Part shown: positions 1 to 8,392 of the stretch, one piece after another | How the letters are laid out: every line of letters begins with the position of its first letter | Numbering within the stretch: position 1 is the first letter of the stretch | Assembly (NCBI GenBank): GCA_016220095.1 | Contig: JACRIJ010000044.1 | Location: 4,191 to 68,190, forward strand | DNA length: 64,000 nucleotides | Direction of reading: 5' to 3' | Source: Planctomycetota bacterium | GTDB lineage: Bacteria > Planctomycetota > MHYJ01 > JACQXL01 > JACRIJ01 | Translations under genes and position numbers: made by a program | The notes under the pieces: model-generated | Seen by the model: the letters and a program-made list of their open reading frames with translations, nothing else | Databases searched by the model: none | What the model was told of the DNA's origin: nothing

Positions 1-1979
1 ACCCCCATCCCGAAAAAGTATCCGCATCCCTGTGAAAAATCGCCTGCTTCATATTTGTCTTTGCCGCTCGTGTCTAAAAGCATTCCTATGCCCCCCGAAG
101 CGTATCCCCTGAATCCTATGCCTATACCCTGCGACATGCCCGAATAAATCCCCGGGTCTCCGTAACCGCTCGGATATTTGCCCGTCGCATAGTATCTGTC
201 ATCACCTGCAATATCATAGCATAATCCAAATCCCTTGCTCAATCCAAACCCCTGGGCGTAAAGCGGCGAATAATAGTAATCACTGCCTTTAATGTCCATA
301 AGCATGCCTATTCCCCACAACGCCGCGCCCTGGGCGTATTCCTGGCTTAAATACCTGTCGTCGCCCGCGTTATCTATCAACATTCCGACTCCCAAAAGGC
401 CGCATCCGCACGACCATTTCAAACCCGTATAACAATCATTGCCTGCCAAATCCATCAGTATCCCGACGCCTAAAATGCCCGTGCCAAGCGCCCCATTCGC
501 GGTCGTTGAATACGTATCATTCCCTTCAAAATCCATGATAAACGAAAACGGATTATCCACCGACCATGAAGCGCCGCAGTTATTCGCGTAGAAATCGTCG
601 CCGCCTAAATCTATAATCACCGCGGCCGGAGAATTGTACCTGTTCGGCCCCTTGCCGCCTATTACTATCGGCCCGAAATCGGTCTTCTTGTAAAACAATA
701 CGGTTCCTGTTACGCCTTCGGCCGGCGCTGAATCCCTCAAGCCCGCGCCATCCCCCAATTGCGACGCCGGTATGACCAAATACTCCAACGCCAATCCCAT
801 GGCAAACAATTCATCGTAATTAATCTTCTGCGAAAGTTTCAATATCTTCATGTTGTTCTGAAGCAATTCCTTCGGCGTGTCTTCGTCTATATAGATGTTA
901 TCCATGAATTTATCCGTCAGTCCGAATATATTTTCATAAAGAAATTTTATTTCGTCCGCTGTCAGCGCCGCAAATGCCTTCTGCCTATACGCCTGCGCGG
1001 AAACAAGGATTGCCTCTATCTTTCCAATATTGCCTTCAATATCCAATATACCTTTCGGCGGCGTTAAATCAACCTGCTGGTCCAGCCTGCGCACGATATC
1101 CCCGTACAAATCATTGAATTGGACAGTGTTCTGCGCGTACATGCCCGCAATTTTCGCGGACATGTCTTCGACAACCTTGCGCAATTTTTCCGGCGACCTG
1201 TGAGTATAGCGCACGATATCAAGCCGGAACGGAAAATCAAGCATCTCATCTTTGCTTAATCTGTCAATTAAATCTTCATATTTATTCCGGATGCCGTACG
1301 CATCAATGAGTTTGTTCTGCAATTCAATATACTTATCCGAGTAATTTTCCAAAGCAGGCATTATTTCGCTGTTGGGTTTGGGCGATTTCTGAAGCGGTTT
1401 GGCGCCTATGGTTATAGGCACGTCAATCTTCTCCACTTTCACGGAGCTCTTCAATTCAAACTGTTCGTTTATCTTCAAGGCCTGGATAAATTCGTTCAAA
1501 CGGGCCATCTTACCTTCGGTATCCTGCAGTTCCTTGCCGTCAAGAATATATTGAACGGACGCGGTTTTTCTCAACACGGTAAAAGTGACGACCTCCCCTA
1601 TTTTATGCGCGCGGATCTTCTGCACCATCTGGTTAATTATATCATTGTCAGGCGCCTGGGCAATGGATACGCCGTCCACAGCGACAGCCACATCGCCGTC
1701 TTTAAGACCGGCGGCCTGGGCAGGCGAACCTTCAACCACGTGTTCTATGATAATACCATTGCTGTCCTTGCTATCGCCGTAATCCGCAAGGCCCTTCACG
1801 GCGCCCATGTTTATACCCACCCAAGGCGGTGCTTCCTGCTGGGCGTACAGAACCGGAACGCTTGTAAATATGCACAGCATAAGAAATAAAATAACGCGAA
1901 TGCCAGCCACGAAGGCGCGAAGACACGAAGATTTATAAGGATTAGAAATAGGTACGAAAACATGTGATGTCCTATGCAT
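1..1979 (-). CDS. Secreted PDZ-domain protein with C-terminal Gly/Asp/Tyr-rich repeats. It is partial: the C-terminus runs off the window start. Not in the ORF track because there is no stop codon in the window.
   Basis: Manual translation of the minus strand from ATG at 1979..1977 gives MHRTSHVFVPISNPYKSSCLRAFVAGIRVILFLMLCIFTSVPVLYAQQ (signal peptide). A PDZ-like segment follows (GLKDGDVAVAVDGVSIAQAPDNDIINQMVQKIRAHKIGEVVTFTVLR). Repeated G-x-D-x-Y units follow (GNDTYS, GNDCYTG, GDDRYLS, GSDYYYS, GDDRYYATG). The frame was checked open at 1200-1260 (LSKDEMLDFPFRLDIVRYTH). Confidence 0.6.
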   Translation of the reverse strand, partial: MHRTSHVFVPISNPYKSSCLRAFVAGIRVILFLMLCIFTSVPVLYAQQEAPPWVGINMGAVKGLADYGDSKDSNGIIIEHVVEGSPAQAAGLKDGDVAVAVDGVSIAQAPDNDIINQMVQKIRAHKIGEVVTFTVLRKTASVQYILDGKELQDTEGKMARLNEFIQALKINEQFELKSSVKVEKIDVPITIGAKPLQKSPKPNSEIMPALENYSDKYIELQNKLIDAYGIRNKYEDLIDRLSKDEMLDFPFRLDIVRYTHRSPEKLRKVVEDMSAKIAGMYAQNTVQFNDLYGDIVRRLDQQVDLTPPKGILDIEGNIGKIEAILVSAQAYRQKAFAALTADEIKFLYENIFGLTDKFMDNIYIDEDTPKELLQNNMKILKLSQKINYDELFAMGLALEYLVIPASQLGDGAGLRDSAPAEGVTGTVLFYKKTDFGPIVIGGKGPNRYNSPAAVIIDLGGDDFYANNCGASWSVDNPFSFIMDFEGNDTYSTTANGALGTGILGVGILMDLAGNDCYTGLKWSCGCGLLGVGMLIDNAGDDRYLSQEYAQGAALWGIGMLMDIKGSDYYYSPLYAQGFGLSKGFGLCYDIAGDDRYYATGKYPSGYGDPGIYSGMSQGIGIGFRGYASGGIGMLLDTSGKDKYEAGDFSQGCGYFFGMG

Positions 1980-2146
1980 GATTATTTCTCCAAAAACGAT
2001 TGCCACAGAACGCACAGAGATGGATAATGATTTTAGCAAAATCTTCCGTGACGTCCGCTCTTCATTATTCATTTTTCATACTTCATCCTTGCGTTACATC
2101 CTGTCCATCCATGTTCATTCGGAGCTAACTATCCGTCTTCGTGCCT

Positions 2147-3349
2147 TCATGTCCTCGTGGCAAAAGAAATTACCGCAAGGATGCCTGCTGTGAGAAAAAG
2201 CCATATCCCGTACAAAACCTCCGCTGGCCCTGACAGCCTGTTGACAAAGCAATATTGCCTGATTTCCGGTTTAACAACCTCTGCGGGAGGCGGCGTTGGC
2301 GGGGAAATAGTCACTGTATTGCCGCTCACCGGAGGCCCTACTACCTGGATAAACTGATTTGAATATGCCCCCTTGGCGGAAATATGCGTTGATGACGCGA
2401 TTTTTGCATTTAAGGTCTCGCCGTCAAGCCCGTAACCCGACAGGTCATATACCACCATAAGGTACACCGTGGAATTTGCCGGTATTTCCGTAAAAGGCCC
2501 AAGAAAAGTCACGGCCGCGTCATCGCCTGAAAACCCCATGCCGTATGGATTTGCGGATTGGTCATTAACGCTGAAGGCGCCGTCATAGTCGCTGTCGTAA
2601 TAGAGCCGCACGCCGGAAACAAGGACCGAAACGGATTCGTCCGCGGTGCCGTCCGTGGAAACGGTTATGGATTGAATCTGAACAGGCTCGCAGGAACTCG
2701 GCGTAAGCGTCAACTCAAGCATGATAAAGCCATCAACATCATTCAATGCCTGTTGGTCGCCGGGCGACTTCCTGCTCTTAGTGGCCGACAAAGTTCCGAC
2801 AGTGGAAATTGTCTTGGCATTGCTGTTTATGGGAAACGTGCCGTCTATTACCGCGCTCGTTGACGTGCCGCCCTGCACCGCGGTTATGCTTAAATAATCC
2901 TCAATGGAAAAAATAACATTTTCGCCAACGGTCGCGGTTCCGGTAAAATCAGCCGCTAAAATCAGATTTACCGGATAAAACGCAGGAACAGTCAGGTAAA
3001 AACCGGAAAATACCGCGGTACTGTTATCAGATGAAAAATATACGGAAGAAGCCGCCTGTTGTTCGGCAACGTCTAAAAGCCCGTTGCCGTTAATGTCTTC
3101 ATATAAATATACGGCATATACGTCAATTGATTCGTCAATACTGCCGGAAGCCCTGAACGAAAGCGAGGTAACAGTAAAAGAGGCCTGACTTGCCGTGAAT
3201 TCTATCTGCAATAGCGGCACCTTTTGAGCGCCCGTAAGTTCGTTGGAAATCAAAGGATTGTAGTCGCCCGCCTGTACGGTAAGCGACTGCGCCCGGGCCG
3301 TCAATCCCGCAACAACCATGAAAAAAAACAAGAGAAAAATCTTTTTCAT
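2147..3349 (-). CDS. Secreted protein of unknown function with two repeated domains, a Pro-rich stalk (PPTPPP) and a C-terminal TM anchor.
   Basis: The ORF track gives 2147..3388. The start is better placed at MKKIFLLFFFMVVAGLTARAQ (signal peptide) at 3349. The C-terminus is ...PPTPPPAEVVKPEIRQ...GIWLFLTAGILAVISFATRT. The internal domain GTLSATKSRKSPGDQQALNDVDGFIMLELTLTPSSCEPVQIQSITV resembles the C-terminal domain of the 4229..8056 protein. Confidence 0.6.
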   Translation of the reverse strand: MKKIFLLFFFMVVAGLTARAQSLTVQAGDYNPLISNELTGAQKVPLLQIEFTASQASFTVTSLSFRASGSIDESIDVYAVYLYEDINGNGLLDVAEQQAASSVYFSSDNSTAVFSGFYLTVPAFYPVNLILAADFTGTATVGENVIFSIEDYLSITAVQGGTSTSAVIDGTFPINSNAKTISTVGTLSATKSRKSPGDQQALNDVDGFIMLELTLTPSSCEPVQIQSITVSTDGTADESVSVLVSGVRLYYDSDYDGAFSVNDQSANPYGMGFSGDDAAVTFLGPFTEIPANSTVYLMVVYDLSGYGLDGETLNAKIASSTHISAKGAYSNQFIQVVGPPVSGNTVTISPPTPPPAEVVKPEIRQYCFVNRLSGPAEVLYGIWLFLTAGILAVISFATRT

Positions 3350-3409
3350 AACATTAAATATACTAAAAAAACCGCATAAGTCAAACAAAAACTGAACAGC
3401 TTTGAAAGG

Positions 3410-3870
3410 CCTGGTAACCGGTCAGTGAACGACGACAAACTAACAGGGACTTGACGAGACCTTAAGAGACCGGCGACGGTTAAGATATGGCCTGAACGAG
3501 CCGCCGTCGGGTCTCGTAAAGGTCTCATAAAGTCCCTGTAAAAAAGTCGTCGTCGTGTCTCTATGAAGTCTCGTAGAGTCCCTGTTTACCCGCTCACTGA
3601 CGGGCTACAAGGCCTGGTAAGGCCTCAGTCAAGGTGGCATTTTAACATAGTAGTTATAAACGAAAAAATAAAAGCGTATTGTAGCCCAGCCATTTATGGC
3701 TGGGTTTGTATGTTAAAAGCCTAATATTTACGCCATTCATGGCGTTTTGTTAAGGGCATGAAGGCCCTCCATAGTTCTCGATTTTCCAGAACCCAGCCAT
3801 AAATGGCTGGGCTACTAATGTCCTTTAATGCCACCTCGACTGAGGCGGTTCAAGGCCTGTCACTTTTTTC
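3410..3870. mobile_element. Nested MITE-like palindromic element(s). Copy 1 of family A is about 3410-3636. A second hairpin element at about 3618-3860 has 24-bp perfect inverted repeats.
   Basis: cctggtaaccggtcagtgaacgacgac...aacagggacttgacgagacc pairs with ggtctcataaagtccctgt...cccgctcactgacggg. gtagcccagccatttatggctggg at about 3693 is the exact reverse complement of cccagccataaatggctgggctac at about 3793. The outer arms ggcctcagtcaaggtggcatttta and taatgccacctcgactgaggcgg also pair. No ORF is present. Confidence 0.5.
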
Positions 3871-3956
3871 TTGACAAACGGCTTTTTTGTAGTACAATGA
3901 TTCCTGCCGGCATGAAATAGTTTTTCAAATCATAGAACACCTCATTGGAAACGATC

Positions 3957-4094
3957 GTGACCCGTGACCCGGTTCCCTTGGCCCGTTTAAACTGGAACCG
4001 ATATCAGAGGTCCGGGACCCGAGATTCGGGATCCGAGAGCCGACGGCCGAGCCCCGCCGTCCGGGACCCGGATCCCGGAACTCGGATAACGTCC
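3957..4094. repeat. CCGAG-periodic repeat element (family C), copy 1.
   Basis: The sequence is gtgacccgtgacccggttcccttggcccgtttaaac...ccgggacccgagattcgggatccgagagccgacggccgag...ccgggacccggatcccggaactcggataacgtcc. ccgag/ctcgg recurs about every 13 bp. Related copies are at 9420-9487 and 28226-28325. Confidence 0.55.
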
Positions 4095-4228
4095 TTCCTT
4101 CTCATCCATTAGTAAATAATGGTTTTTAAGTTCCACCGCGGTATTTGGCAGAGACTTGCCACGACCGAAGGGAGTCCCGATCATAATATCGGTATGGCAA
4201 GTCTCTGCATGACTATTATGGAGTTTCT

Positions 4229-7200
4229 ATGATTTTGCTTGCTTTGATGAAGTCTCTTTTTGTTGCGATGGCCTGTGTTGTTCTGTTTTTCGCACTGCCG
4301 CTCTATGCGCATGGCGCTGTTATTTACGTTGACGTTGTCAACGGATTGGAATCTAATACCGGCTCTTCACCGGATTCACCGCTCAGCTCCATCCAGGACG
4401 GCATCAATAAGGCGGATGATTTTGACGCGCTGTGGGTCGCTTCCGGAGATTACGATGAAACCATTGTCATGAAAAACAGCGTTAACCTATACGGCGGATA
4501 TAAAAACGATTCCGGCTCCTGGACCAGGAACGTTGCGCTTTTCCAAACCGTAATCCAATCTGCCGGCCAAACAGTGCTCTTCAACCCGAATATTAACTGC
4601 ACCATTGACGGATTTGTAATTCACGGCGGCACGTCAGGAATCGCCGCCTATAACGCCGCCCCAATCATCAATAATTGCACCGTTAAATCCGCCCAGGATT
4701 ACGGCATTTACGTCAATTACACCGATTTTGACGATGGATCCGCCATTATCAGCAACAACAATGTCATTGAGAACGGCAACAACGGCGCCGATGACGCCGG
4801 CATCTGCTTCATACATACGGAAAAATGGGACTGGGACGGCGTTGCAAGGGATTCAACCATAATCATAGAAGGCAATACCATATCCCAAAACAACGGCAAC
4901 GGCATCTATATCCTGTCCAAATACTACGACGCCAATACCGGTTCCACTACCGTCAATTCCTTTATCAGAAATAATGAAATCGCCGGCAATTCGTCAAAAG
5001 GCATTTTCCTGGACGTTTACGGTTTCAGCAAAAACCGATACGCCGAACTCAGCGTCCAATTGGATAATAACAGCATCCTGAACCACGCAAATGACGCGGG
5101 TATTTACGCCTATTCAAATTATTCCAGCCCCAAGAGCCTCCTCAACCTGACCGGCATGGAAAATATAATAAGCGATAATCTTGCCGGCATCCTGAATGAA
5201 TCTTCTTTTGAAAATTTCACGGTATCCGGCTCGGATTTGACGGGCAATTCCACCTACGCAATTCAAAATACCATATCCGATAAATCAATCAACGCGAAAG
5301 ACTGCTGGTGGGGTTCCGCGGACGGTCCGGGCGCCCTGAAAAATACTGTCAGCGCCATGGTTGACTACGCGCCGCAACTCGCATCTTCCATCCAACATCC
5401 GGCCTATCTTGATTTTGACATGCAGAACGAGGTCATCTCCGCCGGCGAACCCGTTCTTATGACAGCGCGCCTTAAGAATGCCCTTTTGAGGCCACTGCCT
5501 TTTGATTCGCATATTACGATTTCATTGCGGACCGATTCGGTTAAGGGCATGTTCGGCAAAACGCATTACGGCCCGTGGCAGATAAATGAAACTTCCATGG
5601 AAATCCCGGTCGTAAAAAGCAATATTGAGTTCTTTTACCGGAACACCCTGCCGGGCGCGCATATCGTGGACATTTCCACTGAAGACAGCAACGGAACCGG
5701 CGTTGATGCGAGCCGGATTGTTACCACCCAGGCAGGGCCGGCGAAACGGTTTTCATTCACAGCAATGTCCCTATCGGCCTCGGCAGGCGAAACCGCGGGG
5801 CCATTCGTTATTCAGGCGTACGATGACTATGATAATCCGAGCTCGCCCGCCCAATCCCTGCAAATGCTCATGAATACGGATTCCTCGTCAGGGGTTTTCA
5901 GCACCAGCCCGGAAACGTTTTCATGGGACGCCGAATACATCCAGTTTGATAAAAGCGCTTCGTCAATGGCTTTTTATTATAAAGACACGAGCTCCGGCAT
6001 ACATGAGATAGGTTTCACAAATACCGCCTATGGCATAAATGAAACCATGCCGATTCTTATACTGCCCTGCAATCCGGAAAAAATTTCGTTCATTTCTCCG
6101 CCGCAGAATGCCGGTGAGGAATTGATTTCCCTGCCGCTGATAATCGCGGTTACGGACAAATTTTCCAATCCGCCCTACCTGCCGGCAAACGCGCTGATTA
6201 CGCTGTCCACATCCTCTGCTTCCGGCATGTTCTGCGATAAACAGGGAAACGCATTGGAGTCAAACGAGGCTCCGATTTCATCCACAGCAACGGCTGAATT
6301 CTTTTATAAAGACCCGGAACCCGGCATCCACAGGCTTACCGCGGCATATAAACCTGTTGGCCAGGCTTTTTCAGCATCGCAGGATATCACAATTTATCCC
6401 CGCAAAATATCTAAAATTGTTCTGGAAACCTCTGATAATGAAATCACTGCCGGAGAGGTATCGGAGAAAATATTTGTCCGGCTTCTTCACAAAAATGGGA
6501 ATGCCATCGCGGCCGAAACTAAGGTAAAATTGCCCCTTCTGTCAACGTCAGGCACGGGTTTATTCGTTGATTCTAACGGCTTAACGGCAGATTCCATAAT
6601 AATTCCGCAGGGCGAAGCATCCGCTTATTTCCGCTATACGGACACGAAATCCGGCGCCTGCCAGGTAAGTACAACTGCGGATACAGGCCAATTGCCGGCT
6701 TCATCCTTATACATATACGCACAGGCCGCGAAACCGGTAAAGTTTTTGTTTGACGATGTTTTTTATGAGGCCCGTGCCGGAGAACCAACAAGGCTTATCA
6801 GCCTGAACAGCTATGATAAATACGGCAATCCCGCCGTACCCGTAGAAAACATAAATATCGTAATAACATCTTCTTCGGAAACCGGATTGTTTTCCCTGTC
6901 CAAGGAAAACGAATGGAGCCATGCCCTGTCAATTCCTTTTGACGGTTCCGCAAGTTTCTATTATAAAGATCCGCACTCCGGAGAATATACGATTACCGCA
7001 TCCGAATTGACCGGCGCAAAATGGGAAAATGCGCAGGCAACGGCATATATAAACGCATCCGCGAGCGTCTCTCCTGGCCCCATGAATCCATATTCAACTA
7101 CCGAAAGCGCCTTTGCGCAGGATATCGTTATGATCCAATTCCAGATAAACAATAACGGCAATGAAGACATGTTTTTAGATTCGACAGTAATCTCATCCTA

Positions 7201-8056
7201 CGGCACGGGAAACGAACCTATTAATGTCAGTTCAGTAAAATTGGCGCAAGATACTGATGCCGACGGGATATTATCGGAAACGGACATTATGCTCGGCAAC
7301 CCGCAGATATTTTCCGAAGACGACGGGCAGATAATGTTCAACGAATTGCATTGGGAATTACCCCGGCAAACGGTAACGCAAATACTGGTCGTTTACAGCC
7401 TGACTGGCACTGCAAAGGAAAATTCAACTTTTTCGTGCAACATGGCAAAAAGAGAAGATATCCTGATAATAACGGACACTGACAACCCTGTAGATATTGG
7501 TGAGGACAATTTCCCCGTAAAAGGCAATACCAAAACAATCTCAGGCATAGGCACGTTATCCGCGTACAAATCGTACTATGAACCGGACGCTGAAGACGGT
7601 TACGCGGGATTATTAAATTTATCGCTGTCGGCAAGCAGTGCGGAACCGATACAATTAGAACTCCTGCGAATCCGGATTGTTCCGGAGAATTCCGTACCGC
7701 AAGATTTCCTCCTGTCAATCGGCGATAAGTTATTTTACTCTATCGGCATTGATGCCGGCAGTTTGAATTTTTTGCTGAATAAACGCATAGAATACGGCAA
7801 ACCGCTGACAATGCGCCTGTCATTCAAACCCGGCGGAACTGCAACAGACTACTTACTGCAAGCCGGCATAACGGCAGAAATGGGGATTGAGGCATTCGGA
7901 ATAAACAGCGGAAAGCAGGTTGAAATAAAAGGCCTGCCCGTGTGGGGACAGCAGATACGAATTCCCCGCGACAACGCGGACGTACAGGATACGAAACCGG
8001 AACAAGGCAAGGGATGTTTTATAAAAATACTTTTCCACAAGCGAAAAAACGGTTGA
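4229..8056 (+). CDS. Large secreted protein (1275 aa). It has an N-terminal right-handed parallel beta-helix (NosD/pectate-lyase-like repeats) followed by at least five Ig-like repeats of about 100 aa.
   Basis: The ORF track gives 4229..8056. The signal peptide is MILLALMKSLFVAMACVVLFFALPLYAHG. The beta-helix repeats include NNNVIENGNNGADDAGI and GNTISQNNGNGIYI. The recurring module is FFYKDTSSGIHEIGF, FFYKDPEPGIHRLTA, AYFRYTDTKSGACQV and SFYYKDPHSGEYTIT. The 3' end overlaps a tandem repeat. Confidence 0.8.
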   Translation: MILLALMKSLFVAMACVVLFFALPLYAHGAVIYVDVVNGLESNTGSSPDSPLSSIQDGINKADDFDALWVASGDYDETIVMKNSVNLYGGYKNDSGSWTRNVALFQTVIQSAGQTVLFNPNINCTIDGFVIHGGTSGIAAYNAAPIINNCTVKSAQDYGIYVNYTDFDDGSAIISNNNVIENGNNGADDAGICFIHTEKWDWDGVARDSTIIIEGNTISQNNGNGIYILSKYYDANTGSTTVNSFIRNNEIAGNSSKGIFLDVYGFSKNRYAELSVQLDNNSILNHANDAGIYAYSNYSSPKSLLNLTGMENIISDNLAGILNESSFENFTVSGSDLTGNSTYAIQNTISDKSINAKDCWWGSADGPGALKNTVSAMVDYAPQLASSIQHPAYLDFDMQNEVISAGEPVLMTARLKNALLRPLPFDSHITISLRTDSVKGMFGKTHYGPWQINETSMEIPVVKSNIEFFYRNTLPGAHIVDISTEDSNGTGVDASRIVTTQAGPAKRFSFTAMSLSASAGETAGPFVIQAYDDYDNPSSPAQSLQMLMNTDSSSGVFSTSPETFSWDAEYIQFDKSASSMAFYYKDTSSGIHEIGFTNTAYGINETMPILILPCNPEKISFISPPQNAGEELISLPLIIAVTDKFSNPPYLPANALITLSTSSASGMFCDKQGNALESNEAPISSTATAEFFYKDPEPGIHRLTAAYKPVGQAFSASQDITIYPRKISKIVLETSDNEITAGEVSEKIFVRLLHKNGNAIAAETKVKLPLLSTSGTGLFVDSNGLTADSIIIPQGEASAYFRYTDTKSGACQVSTTADTGQLPASSLYIYAQAAKPVKFLFDDVFYEARAGEPTRLISLNSYDKYGNPAVPVENINIVITSSSETGLFSLSKENEWSHALSIPFDGSASFYYKDPHSGEYTITASELTGAKWENAQATAYINASASVSPGPMNPYSTTESAFAQDIVMIQFQINNNGNEDMFLDSTVISSYGTGNEPINVSSVKLAQDTDADGILSETDIMLGNPQIFSEDDGQIMFNELHWELPRQTVTQILVVYSLTGTAKENSTFSCNMAKREDILIITDTDNPVDIGEDNFPVKGNTKTISGIGTLSAYKSYYEPDAEDGYAGLLNLSLSASSAEPIQLELLRIRIVPENSVPQDFLLSIGDKLFYSIGIDAGSLNFLLNKRIEYGKPLTMRLSFKPGGTATDYLLQAGITAEMGIEAFGINSGKQVEIKGLPVWGQQIRIPRDNADVQDTKPEQGKGCFIKILFHKRKNG

Positions 8057-8250
8057 TTAACCGGAGGCTCAGGCAATGCGTACAGGGCAACTCCGAAGGA
8101 GTGAGGAGCGTTTAGGCGGGGGTGTCAAATGTAAGCGGGAAGGATAGTTTATCAAGGCGCTTTCCCACAAGCGAAAAGCAATTTGATTAACCGAAGGCCC
8201 CGGCAATGCGCGCAGGCTAACTCCGAAGGAGTGAGGAGCGTTTAGGCGGG
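8031..8250 (+). repeat. Tandem direct repeat. Two copies of about 90 bp are separated by a 40-bp spacer (period about 130 bp). Copy 1 overlaps the last 26 nt of the 4229..8056 CDS.
   Basis: 8031-8120 is ttttccacaagcgaaaaaacggttgattaaccggaggctcaggcaatgcgtacagggcaactccgaaggagtgaggagcgtttaggcggg. 8161-8250 is tttcccacaagcgaaaagcaatttgattaaccgaaggccccggcaatgcgcgcaggctaactccgaaggagtgaggagcgtttaggcggg. Confidence 0.85.
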
Positions 8251-8292
8251 CCTGCCTCCGCCGAAGCGAAGCATCGGCTTCGCGCAGGCAGG
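8251..8292. repeat. 42-bp GC-rich hairpin element (REP-like). An identical reverse-complement copy is at 61353-61394.
   Basis: cctgcctccgccgaagcgaagcatcggcttcgcgcaggcagg. Its reverse complement cctgcctgcgcgaagccgatgcttcgcttcggcggaggcagg occurs exactly at 61353-61394. Confidence 0.85.
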
Positions 8293-8313
8293 GGTGTAAA
8301 CCCCCGCTAACCA

Positions 8314-8345
8314 GAAAAAAAAATTCAAACCCCGAAAGGGGGTGA
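8314..8345 (-). terminator. Rho-independent terminator for the 8393..9358 gene (minus strand).
   Basis: The minus strand reads cacccccttt cggggtttgaattttttttt. This is a stem ccccc/ggggg with loop ttt followed by a T-run, 48 bp downstream of the stop at 8393. Confidence 0.6.
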
Positions 8346-8392
8346 CAGAATATTAAGGAGATATGACAATGGCTGGTTCTTTAATCCATGTC

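Noticed and set aside
7338-7718. 126-aa minus-strand ORF inside the 1275-aa beta-helix gene.
   Set aside because: It is antisense to a strongly supported secreted-protein CDS, is Cys/Leu-rich and has no motifs.
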